A stretch of DNA of 64,000 bases. Origin: Bdellovibrionales bacterium GWB1_55_8 (lineage in GTDB: Bacteria > Bdellovibrionota > UBA1018). Under the pieces are notes generated by a model. It saw only the letters and a program-made list of their open reading frames with translations. It was not told the DNA's origin and ran no database searches. Positions 1 to 7,453 of this stretch are shown one piece after another. Numbering within the stretch: the first letter of the stretch is position 1; every line of letters begins with the position of its first letter. The position numbers and the translations under genes are program-made. The DNA is taken from contig MEPR01000035.1 of NCBI GenBank assembly GCA_001769835.1, positions 24,683-88,682 of the forward strand. Reading direction: 5' to 3'.

Positions 1-389
1 TCGTTCTGATCAACGATCTTCACGACGCAAATCTGCCCGAACTCCGCCACCTGCGCTCCCTCTGCCTGGAGATTTTGCGGCTCGCCAGCCTCGCCAAGAG
101 ATCGATCGTTTTCCTTCCCATTCAAAACCTCGATGAGGTTCACCACAGAATGACGTTCCTGCAGGCCCAGTCTGTCATCGTGCCATTTGTCGAGGATGGA
201 ATTTTGCCGTTCCTTGAGTCATGGTTGATCTCCGAGCCGAAAGCCTCAGTCCGTATCCTGTTCAATTCGGCACAAGGGAAGTCTTCCGTGGAAACGGTCA
301 CCACAATTCTGCGCGCCCAAGACAGTTTGATAACCTACGACGACGACCTCTCCAACATCACCAGAGCAGCGGCGGGAGCACTCGCTTGA
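1..389 (+). CDS. hypothetical protein, 5' end lies outside the window; frame +3 is open from base 3 to the TGA at 387-389
   Basis: Read by eye: no stop codon in frame 3 from the window start to the TGA at 387-389. The track's ORF 75..389 is the internal TTG-started part of this frame. No recognisable family motif. Confidence 0.35.
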   Translation, partial: VLINDLHDANLPELRHLRSLCLEILRLASLAKRSIVFLPIQNLDEVHHRMTFLQAQSVIVPFVEDGILPFLESWLISEPKASVRILFNSAQGKSSVETVTTILRAQDSLITYDDDLSNITRAAAGALA

Positions 390-790
390 CTGAGCTGATC
401 GATTCCGCGCAATGCAACCGTGACGCTTTCAACGCCTATCGATCCATTCTCAAGAAAGCAGGACGCTTGTCCTGCCGCATTCTCAGCGATTCCATGCACC
501 CGCTCATCAGTGCCGGCGAAACAGTGAACATCGCCCCCGTTCCGGAACTTGGCGAACTGCGACGGTTCGATATCATCGTATTTCTGTACGGAGACCGGTT
601 GTATTGCCATTATGTCTGGTCGATGTGGGAAAATCCGGTACAGATCCAGACACGTTCCCTGAAGGAATGCCGGTCGGATGATTTGCCCACCTTGCCTGAC
701 TTCCTTCTTGGAAAAGTCATAGATCAGAAGATCGGGATCCGGACGCGTATCTGGATAATTCTGCTGAACTGGTTCAAAGGAACGGCGTGA
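386..790 (+). CDS. S24/S26-like (LexA/signal-peptidase fold) peptidase, about 134 aa from TTG 386
   Basis: Motif SDSMHPLISAGETVNI followed by FDIIVF...GDRLY resembles the GDSMxP...GDxVxV...GDIVVF pattern of S24/S26 peptidases. A TTG start at 386-388 overlaps the upstream TGA (TTGA coupling). The track ORF 221..790 starts further upstream, but that N-terminal part carries no motif. Confidence 0.4.
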   Translation: MTELIDSAQCNRDAFNAYRSILKKAGRLSCRILSDSMHPLISAGETVNIAPVPELGELRRFDIIVFLYGDRLYCHYVWSMWENPVQIQTRSLKECRSDDLPTLPDFLLGKVIDQKIGIRTRIWIILLNWFKGTA

Positions 791-1808
791 ACTCGTCCAG
801 CGCCCCCATCTTTGAAACAAGATGGTGGGCAAGCGATTCGACGGCGGGCGCGCAGTATCGGACCTGCCCGGAAAAGCACCTCTTCGTCCTGAAGCTTCTC
901 ACGTCGCGCAGGAAAAGCGGATCCATGGTGTAGCGGTCCCACTCAGACCTGACTTCCTGAAAAAGACCGGGACCATATTCACGTCCCGTCGCCGAAATCG
1001 AGTAATAATGGGTAAACGACAAAGGAAGGTTCAACACCGGCCGCTCAGGAGTTTGCTGACCGAAAGACTTTCCGCCTTTGCTCAAGAACTGGTGGGTCAC
1101 GAAACTGTCCGAATAAAAAAACCGTCGCGGGTTGAATTCAAAAAACGCGCTAGCCCCGAGTTTACGATTCTGAACTTCCGGCCAGGGCACATAATCGACA
1201 TCGTCACCGAAGACATCCAACGCGGCACGGGTCATCTCAAAGTGAAGACGACTTCTCGCGTCCCGTTCCGTCGAATTCTTGCCAAAGACATGCGCAGCCA
1301 GAAAAGTGACATGATATCTCACCGTCTCGTCCGCAAAGAACCGCTTCACAGCATGAAGTCGTGCCGAAAACTGACTTAACGAACATTGCTTGTCATCTAT
1401 AACACTCACCACTAAATAGACGTCGTTCACTTGTTTCGCATCAAGCGGGCTCACCGAATGCACGCGGTAATACGCAACTGACGCGTCCCATGCCGCTGGA
1501 ACCGTCCACGCCAGGTCAGCATGAAGAAAAACATGGCAATCGCGATCCGGAGGGGCTGGATACCGAAGAAAGAAGTCCAGAAGTCCGAGAGCCCCGTCCC
1601 GAACCAGGAGCGGGCGGTAGGCGCTTAGAACGTCCGCACTTTTTATCTGGTGAAGGAAAACGGGCTTCAGGACCGAGAAATACTCTTCGGAATGAGGGTA
1701 AAGGAACTTTGCGGTATTCCTTCCGGAACGGCTGTTGGCGCTCCACTCTGACCTGATCGCGAATCGACTCAGCTCCCCGACGGAGCGGCTCAGGCTGATC
1801 AGCTCCAT
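774..1808 (-). CDS. hypothetical protein (344 aa from internal Met; the track ORF extends to 1904 but would overlap the upstream GT gene by 74 nt)
   Basis: Long minus-strand ORF in series with the GT4 gene. An ATG at 1808-1806 leaves a 22-nt spacer after the GT4 stop. No confident family assignment; a possible IDD motif hints at a GT-A-like fold, but only weakly. Confidence 0.4.
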   Translation of the reverse strand: MELISLSRSVGELSRFAIRSEWSANSRSGRNTAKFLYPHSEEYFSVLKPVFLHQIKSADVLSAYRPLLVRDGALGLLDFFLRYPAPPDRDCHVFLHADLAWTVPAAWDASVAYYRVHSVSPLDAKQVNDVYLVVSVIDDKQCSLSQFSARLHAVKRFFADETVRYHVTFLAAHVFGKNSTERDARSRLHFEMTRAALDVFGDDVDYVPWPEVQNRKLGASAFFEFNPRRFFYSDSFVTHQFLSKGGKSFGQQTPERPVLNLPLSFTHYYSISATGREYGPGLFQEVRSEWDRYTMDPLFLRDVRSFRTKRCFSGQVRYCAPAVESLAHHLVSKMGALDEFTPFL

Positions 1809-1830
1809 GATCTCACGGGTTCGATCCCGC

Positions 1831-3120
1831 TCAGAAATACGAGTCATACAATTCCCGATAAAGGTTGGAGTATCCTTCGGCCGCCCGGAACGGAGCTTTC
1901 GCATTCAAGCGATACGCACGCGCCAGCTGTTCAAATGCCTGGGTGAAACCTGAAAACGGTTCCCTTGAATCGCTCCCATTCCGCACCATATCGCCGATTT
2001 TTCGCCCCACTGATTCACACGAGCAAAACTCCCGCGCGCCCTCAGAAACGTTCCGCCGATCAGCATCCGTGCGATTCCGAGAAGCCATTGACGCCATTCC
2101 TTTGATGCAGGCTTTCAGCTCGGGTTGAATGCGGCGCCCCGATATCTGTACAGGGATGTGATCCACCGATCCCGGCCTCTGGCCACCGAAGGAGGAATAC
2201 CCCCCCCAATCTGACAGCAGCAACTGTTGTCCACAGCACCATGCCTCCGCGGGAGCCATTCCGAAGTCCTCGTCATTATGAGTGCTGAAGCTTACGAAGA
2301 CATCGGCCATCGCATAAAGATCCGCCAGACGCGCAGCCTCAAGATCTCCCAAATATTGAACGCGTTCACGATCCGGATCGGCCACCAATGTGTCGCGCAG
2401 CTCAATCAAATCAGCGGCGAGCAAACCGGTTAAAGGAGTCTTCCCGATATACGGGATTCCAAGATCGTCTATCGGCCCCGCGAGCCAGAGTCGTGCTTGA
2501 GGGTTGAATCGAAGATAGGCCGCAAAGGCCCTCATCAGAAGCAGCACGTTTTTTTGTAAACTCAGCCTGCCTGAGTAAAGCAAAATGGTTTCCGAAGTGG
2601 AAATGCCCTGCTCCTTCCGTAACCCTGAATAGGCGCCTTCCCGAAACGAAAACAAGGAGGAGTCCACCGGGAACGGAACCCAGGCAACCCGTCCAGAGAT
2701 GAACGACCGGAGCAGCTTTTGCTGCTTTTCTGATGCACCGACAAACACCGGCTGAGCGCTGCGAAACAACTCCTCCATCCGAAGCCACTCATTCGGATTG
2801 ATTGTGAAATCACCAAAAGCATGGATCACGAGTCTTGGCCAGGATTTCAGCTTTCTCGCAAGTAATTCGAACAGAACGGCCGGATGCGGCTTGTGGTCGA
2901 CAATTGCGATCAGGTCGGGCTTGAACGAGACAATGCCCTCCGCAAGCTGGTCCAAATCCAAGAAAGAAGCGGACTCTTCCATGTAAAACTGCCGGATCTC
3001 CGCTGAGGGGAACTCCAGTGAATAACTGTTGATCAGGTTTTGAGTGATGGATCGACAGCTCACCCAGTCCGAAGGGCGCTGCCGGCAAATGAGAGCGATT
3101 TTGCGCATAAACTTGTGCAA
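1831..3120 (-). CDS. glycosyltransferase, GT4 (GT-B fold, RfaG/WcaL-like)
   Basis: C-terminal GT1/GT4 signature: ILLYSGRLSLQKNVLLLMRAF ... DVFVSFSTHNDEDFGMAPAEAWCCG (E-x7-E motif). Confidence 0.7.
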   Translation of the reverse strand: MHKFMRKIALICRQRPSDWVSCRSITQNLINSYSLEFPSAEIRQFYMEESASFLDLDQLAEGIVSFKPDLIAIVDHKPHPAVLFELLARKLKSWPRLVIHAFGDFTINPNEWLRMEELFRSAQPVFVGASEKQQKLLRSFISGRVAWVPFPVDSSLFSFREGAYSGLRKEQGISTSETILLYSGRLSLQKNVLLLMRAFAAYLRFNPQARLWLAGPIDDLGIPYIGKTPLTGLLAADLIELRDTLVADPDRERVQYLGDLEAARLADLYAMADVFVSFSTHNDEDFGMAPAEAWCCGQQLLLSDWGGYSSFGGQRPGSVDHIPVQISGRRIQPELKACIKGMASMASRNRTDADRRNVSEGAREFCSCESVGRKIGDMVRNGSDSREPFSGFTQAFEQLARAYRLNAKAPFRAAEGYSNLYRELYDSYF

Positions 3121-3143
3121 TCGTAGTCTAATTGCAAATACTT

Positions 3144-3171
3144 TGGCAATGAAGTAACTTTCGCTTAAAAT
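3144..3171 (+). promoter_or_regulatory. sigma70-like promoter for the PqqD-led operon: TTGGCA-16 nt-TAAAAT
   Basis: TTGGCA at 3144-3149 and TAAAAT at 3166-3171, then GAGGG SD at 3172-3176 and ATG at 3181. Sits in the 60-bp gap between divergent GT4 and pqqD-like genes. Confidence 0.4.
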
Positions 3172-3180
3172 GAGGGCTCT

Positions 3181-3504
3181 ATGAGCGATACCACGCCTTT
3201 GAAAACCGGTTCCATTGAATCTGCCATTATTCCGGGAGCACGCCTGGAAATGAGCAAGGACCTCGTTGCGCGGAAAAACCAGGATGGAACCGTGATCGTC
3301 ATGAAGCTGGATGACAGCGCCGTTTTTTACAAGATTGACGGCATCGCCGCAGCGGTCTGGACCGAACTGGGGAACAAGCCGACCTTATCTGAGCTAGTAT
3401 CCAAATTCTCGGAACAGCATCCGAACCATCGCGATGAGATCGGTCGCGATGTGACAAACCTGATTACAGCGCTGCTCGGAAAACAGCTGATTGAAAAAAC
3501 CTGA
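3181..3504 (+). CDS. PqqD-family protein (RiPP recognition element-type peptide chaperone)
   Basis: 107 aa. VARKNQDGTVIVMKLDDSAVFYKIDGIAAAVWTELGNKPTLSELVSKFSEQ...EIGRDVTNLITALLGKQLIE is the canonical PqqD/RRE pattern (beta-strands then a wH-like helix, ending in a protein-binding helix). Confidence 0.7.
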   Translation: MSDTTPLKTGSIESAIIPGARLEMSKDLVARKNQDGTVIVMKLDDSAVFYKIDGIAAAVWTELGNKPTLSELVSKFSEQHPNHRDEIGRDVTNLITALLGKQLIEKT

Positions 3505-3519
3505 CGGAATGGTGAAATT

Positions 3520-3975
3520 ATGAGCGATACCGACAAGACCAAGAAAACAGAACAAAAAGACTACTACTTCGGCGGCATCAAGGAATTCAACCTTGAGCAG
3601 ATCGAGACGGAAGTACTGAACGAAAGCATTTACCTCGACGTTTTTGCCGGATCGGATCTCCGTCTGAAGAAAAATGTTTTGCCGATCGAGGACGCATTGT
3701 CGAAGGTCCTGCAAATCGAGGGAGTTCGCTTTGAATGGAACCCTGAAGCGCCCGGGGCGCCGAAAAACGGAACGCCGCAAGCAGGGCTGATCGCGCAGGA
3801 CGTGGCTGCAGTGATGCCGGAACTTGTCCGGGCCGACCGCGATACCGGAATGCTCGCGGTTGAGTACAGCAAGCTCGTCAGCTATCTTGTCGAGGCGGTC
3901 AAAGATCTGAACGCCATCGTACTCAAACAGGAAGCCCGGATCCGGGCACTGGAAAAGCCTGATTCGCGCCACTGA
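3520..3975 (+). CDS. small protein made of a 44-aa N-terminal peptide plus a C-terminal intramolecular chaperone auto-processing domain (Peptidase S74 / tail-fibre CIMCD-like)
   Basis: Residues 45-150 read SDLRLKKNVLPIEDALSKVLQIEGVRFEWNP...AGLIAQDVAAVMPELV...LAVEYSKLVSYLVEAVKDLNAIVLKQEARIRALE. This matches the S74/CIMCD consensus (SDxRLK...Y.W...GfIAQEv..v.PE.V.......l.V.Y..L..lliEAiKeL...i..L) and includes the Ser-x4-Lys catalytic dyad (S45/K50). The gene sits 15 nt after pqqD and 8 nt before an rSAM gene. Confidence 0.7.
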   Translation: MSDTDKTKKTEQKDYYFGGIKEFNLEQIETEVLNESIYLDVFAGSDLRLKKNVLPIEDALSKVLQIEGVRFEWNPEAPGAPKNGTPQAGLIAQDVAAVMPELVRADRDTGMLAVEYSKLVSYLVEAVKDLNAIVLKQEARIRALEKPDSRH

Positions 3976-3983
3976 CGCAACCC

Positions 3984-5072
3984 ATGGAGTCGCGATCTGC
4001 CGAGTCGACTAGAAAAAAACTACTGGTAAAGGGTTTATCCCCGAATTTCTGCCTGGTCCCGTTCACGACCTTGACCATTGAACCCGACGGCCACCTCGGC
4101 TGCTGCAGGCAGAAAGGGTCTCAGTTTTCGATAGGCAATCTTCATACGCAATCGCTGGCGGAAGCATGGAATGGCGATCCACTGAGAAGGTGGAGACGCG
4201 AGTTCCTAGAAGGCTCCCCGCAGACGTGCCGTAGCGAGATACGCCACTCCTCCTGCAATCTGTGTCCTGATTACAACTCGCTCCTTGACGCGATCGATCC
4301 ACGGGAAATTCAGCCCGGACCACCGCTCCGGCTCGGACTCAATCTCAATGGCAAGTGCAACCTGCGCTGCCGAATGTGTGTAGTCTGGAAGCAACCCAAC
4401 GGCATCTTCGATCGGCTTGACCTTCAGAGTTCCCTGGAGCCCCACATAAAGACGCTTCGCGAAGTCGAACTTCACTCAGGCGAGCCCTTTATCCAAAAGG
4501 ATACCTATCGTCTGATCAGCTGGATCAGCGATCATAATCCCGAATGCCTCTGGACGATCACCACCAACGCCCACTGGCGGCTTTCTGGGAGAATCGAAGA
4601 ACATCTGGATAAGATCCGATTCAAGAACCTGATCATAAGCATCGACAGCCTGGATGCGGCCACTTACGCAAAAATACGACAAGGCGGACGCCTCGGAACG
4701 GTCATGAAGAACGTCAACCTCCTGCGGGACTACAACTCCAGGAGAGTCGCCCGCGGCCAAGGCACAATGAACATCAGGGCAAACTTCCTTATTCAACAGG
4801 ATAACTGGTCTGAGCTGCCGCAGATCTTCGACTTTGAGAGGAAAACAGGAATCGATTGCTTCCGCACGTTTCTTTACGAACCGAGGAGGTTTTCGCTCCT
4901 CGACCTTCCCTCATCCGAACGGGAGGCGATTCTTACGTTCTATGAAACGGCGCTATCGCCTCAGCAAATTCGAGGCTCATTTCGAATATTGCTGCCCCTG
5001 ATCGACAGTCTTCCCAGAATCGATCAAGTGCTTCACTGGGAAAGGATGCAGCAGTCACTCAAGGGGAATTGA
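3984..5072 (+). CDS. radical SAM protein with N-terminal SPASM/twitch-like Cys-rich domain (paralog 1)
   Basis: N-terminus NFCLVPFTTLTIEPDGHLGCC...SLAEAWNGDPLRRWRREFLEG...C...CNLC is SPASM-like. The core motif CNLRCRMC (CxxxCxxC) follows at about residue 125. Shares the SGEPFIQKDTYRLI block with paralog 2. Confidence 0.75.
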   Translation: MESRSAESTRKKLLVKGLSPNFCLVPFTTLTIEPDGHLGCCRQKGSQFSIGNLHTQSLAEAWNGDPLRRWRREFLEGSPQTCRSEIRHSSCNLCPDYNSLLDAIDPREIQPGPPLRLGLNLNGKCNLRCRMCVVWKQPNGIFDRLDLQSSLEPHIKTLREVELHSGEPFIQKDTYRLISWISDHNPECLWTITTNAHWRLSGRIEEHLDKIRFKNLIISIDSLDAATYAKIRQGGRLGTVMKNVNLLRDYNSRRVARGQGTMNIRANFLIQQDNWSELPQIFDFERKTGIDCFRTFLYEPRRFSLLDLPSSEREAILTFYETALSPQQIRGSFRILLPLIDSLPRIDQVLHWERMQQSLKGN

Positions 5073-5835
5073 ACAGCTCGTACGCGAGCAATGCCTTCGG
5101 AACCGCCCCGTCGAATACAATGCGATTCTGATGTAAAACGATCGCCCGATTGCAGTGTTGAAGAATCAGCTCTCTCGAGTGACTGACAAAAATAAGCGCT
5201 TTCGATGCATGAATCACCTGCTGCATGCGCGCCATCATTTTTGCCTGAAAGAATTGATCGGCGTTGTCGTACGCCTCATCGAGAATCAGGAGATCACCGC
5301 TCCTCGCGGTCAAGACGGCCAGACAGAGCCGGCTCTTCATTCCCTGGCTGTAAGTTTCGTAAGGAGCATCCAAGAACGCACCGAGCTCGGAAAAAGCGAT
5401 CGCCTCCTCAACAACCTGCTGAACGCCAGCGCCGATCTCGTTCGGGTAGAGGAGCCGAACCAGCAGCTCCGCATTTTCCCGCCCTGTAAGTTCCGGAACA
5501 ATGCCAGCGGTGGTATTGAATATCGCGCGACAGACCCCGTTCACCTGAATGCTCCCGGTATTCGGGCGATACATGCCTGCGATACAGCGGCACAACGTGG
5601 TTTTTCCGCTTCCGTTCACCCCCAGAATTCCCAGGCGGTCTCCTGATCGGATCTGAAGATTGATGTCATTCAGGACGTGAAGCATTCTTCGCGGCTTCAA
5701 GAGTAATCGCACTGGATCGCTCACCGCGTCCACGAAGAGCTGCCGAAGGGATCCGTTGGCATAATGCCGGAGCCGAAAAGCCAGATTTACGCCCGAAAGA
5801 GTCGCTATATTGTCAGAGCTGGTGATAGAATTCAT
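5059..5835 (-). CDS. ABC transporter ATP-binding protein (Wzt/TagH/KpsT-like, ABC-2 type exporter ATPase)
   Basis: Walker A GVNGSGKTTL, signature YSQGMKSRL, Walker B LLILDEA. Overall resemblance to polysaccharide/teichoic-acid exporter ATPases. Overlaps the permease gene by 23 nt. Confidence 0.8.
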   Translation of the reverse strand: MNSITSSDNIATLSGVNLAFRLRHYANGSLRQLFVDAVSDPVRLLLKPRRMLHVLNDINLQIRSGDRLGILGVNGSGKTTLCRCIAGMYRPNTGSIQVNGVCRAIFNTTAGIVPELTGRENAELLVRLLYPNEIGAGVQQVVEEAIAFSELGAFLDAPYETYSQGMKSRLCLAVLTARSGDLLILDEAYDNADQFFQAKMMARMQQVIHASKALIFVSHSRELILQHCNRAIVLHQNRIVFDGAVPKALLAYELFNSP

Positions 5836-6565
5836 TTTTCATTCGCTTCCAATACGTGACAGCGGCCACCCCAAAGAGCGCGGCGCAGACAGTCGCCTTT
5901 GCCAACGATCCGATGAAACCTTCCGAGCTGAAGCTGTAGATGCAGATTCTCACCGGCTCGATGAGAACATAGATCGGGTTAATGCCAATCAACCACTGAT
6001 ACTGATCAGGGACAAATTCCTTCGGGTAAAAGATCGGAGTCACGAAGAAAAGAACGCCGATCATGAAATGCACCACATACCGAACATCCCTGTAAAAAAC
6101 GTTCAACATGGATAAAAACCAGAGCAAACCTCCTGTTCCAGCAAGAAGAGGCAACAAGGCGAGCGGAAGGAACCAGAGCCCCGTTTTTTGCACATCCGTG
6201 ATCAGAACAGTCGGGACCAGAATGATCGAGAAGGCGGCCACAAAATTGACGGCATTATCCAGCAAGGACGAGAAAACAAGCAGATAGGGCTTCACCTTCA
6301 ACGCGAGAAACACCTCGCGTGCCCCGACGGGAACCGCGATCCCCATTTCGAGCGAGGAAACAACGAATACCCAGGGCAGCAAACCACCCAACAGAAACAG
6401 TCCGTAATTCGGGATTCCGATTCGCAGTATTTCCTTGAAGGCCAGTGCTTGAGCTGCGTAGAGCACGATGGGACTGAGAATCACCCATACAAAGCCCGCA
6501 AAGGTCCGCCGATAGCGGGCCCGCATCTGCGCTTTGGTCATGAAAACAAGCAGGCTCCAGTTCAT
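5813..6565 (-). CDS. ABC-2 type transporter permease (Wzm/TagG/KpsM-like)
   Basis: 250 aa, six predicted TM segments, typical ABC-2 N-terminus (KAQMRARYRRTFAGFVWVILSP). Confidence 0.75.
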   Translation of the reverse strand: MNWSLLVFMTKAQMRARYRRTFAGFVWVILSPIVLYAAQALAFKEILRIGIPNYGLFLLGGLLPWVFVVSSLEMGIAVPVGAREVFLALKVKPYLLVFSSLLDNAVNFVAAFSIILVPTVLITDVQKTGLWFLPLALLPLLAGTGGLLWFLSMLNVFYRDVRYVVHFMIGVLFFVTPIFYPKEFVPDQYQWLIGINPIYVLIEPVRICIYSFSSEGFIGSLAKATVCAALFGVAAVTYWKRMKNEFYHQL

Positions 6566-6590
6566 TTATCGAGCTCCTCCAATGAGCTTC

Positions 6591-7382
6591 TCAGGAAACC
6601 ACCAGTATGTAATCGCATTCACTGCAAACGGAATGAGCGGCCCTCTTGCCTTCTCTCAGCCGGTTACGAAAGTCGATGTACTTCTGCGATGCCCAGATAT
6701 CTCCAAAGTGCTGTTCCTGGACATTACCCATGACATTCCGCTGAAGGAAATCCTGAAAACAGGGAAGGACGTTCCCCTTGACCGTAATCACTGACGTGGA
6801 AATCGGAACAAAACACGGTCTGTCAAGCGGTGGCGTCACCTTGAAAGAACCGAAGCCCTGAACAAGCCCCCCCCTGTTCGTGAAAATCAGGTCTTGATGG
6901 GAGTAATAGATGATCTTGCCTTTATCGGATTCCGACAAGCGCGCATAAGCATCCTCAAATTCCGCCAAGTCCGAACCTATATGCCGCGTGACGGTGAACT
7001 TATGAACGCCGAGGTCCAGGAGTTCCCGGAGCTTCTCCTGGTTCAACAGAGTTCCATTCGTGAAAATCTCGATCCTGCTTCGCGGAAGAATATCACGCGT
7101 GAGCGCCACAAATCGGGACAGGGAAGGCGACAACAACGGTTCATTGAAGAAATGATACGAGATGCGGCCTTCGTAATTCAGGTCGGAAAGCTGCTTCAGG
7201 ATTCCAAGAAAGAGCGTGTCTTCCATCGCGCCGCGCTCCGGCCTCTCGAAACTGGAATTCGGGCAATAAGGGCACCTCCTATTGCAGTCACTTCCAATCT
7301 CGATCTCGACCGCGAGTGGCGGCTTGAGTCCTTTAGGGTTCATCTTCCTCGCATTATCCGACATTTTCCGTGATTTCGCCAT
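6591..7382 (-). CDS. radical SAM protein with C-terminal twitch/SPASM-like domain (conventional order)
   Basis: EIEIGSDCNRRCPYCPNS (CxxxCxxC) near the N-terminus. C-terminal Cys pattern RPC...LPC...GNVQEQHFGDIWASQKY...CSEC. The start is taken at ATG 7382 (ATG 7364 also possible); the track's extension to 7604 has no support and would run into the divergent gene. Confidence 0.7.
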   Translation of the reverse strand: MAKSRKMSDNARKMNPKGLKPPLAVEIEIGSDCNRRCPYCPNSSFERPERGAMEDTLFLGILKQLSDLNYEGRISYHFFNEPLLSPSLSRFVALTRDILPRSRIEIFTNGTLLNQEKLRELLDLGVHKFTVTRHIGSDLAEFEDAYARLSESDKGKIIYYSHQDLIFTNRGGLVQGFGSFKVTPPLDRPCFVPISTSVITVKGNVLPCFQDFLQRNVMGNVQEQHFGDIWASQKYIDFRNRLREGKRAAHSVCSECDYILVVS

Positions 7383-7453
7383 GGACTGCTCACAAATGGC
7401 ACCTTTACTGAATCGGACTGGACGGGCACCCGGCACACCCATAGAATCTCTGC

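Noticed and set aside
3394-3972. 192-aa minus-strand ORF opposite the S74-domain gene, and 4476..4796 minus opposite rSAM paralog 1
   Set aside because: The plus-strand genes carry clear family motifs (CIMCD, CxxxCxxC) and operon spacing. The antisense frames have no signal and would break the tight pqqD-S74-rSAM spacing.
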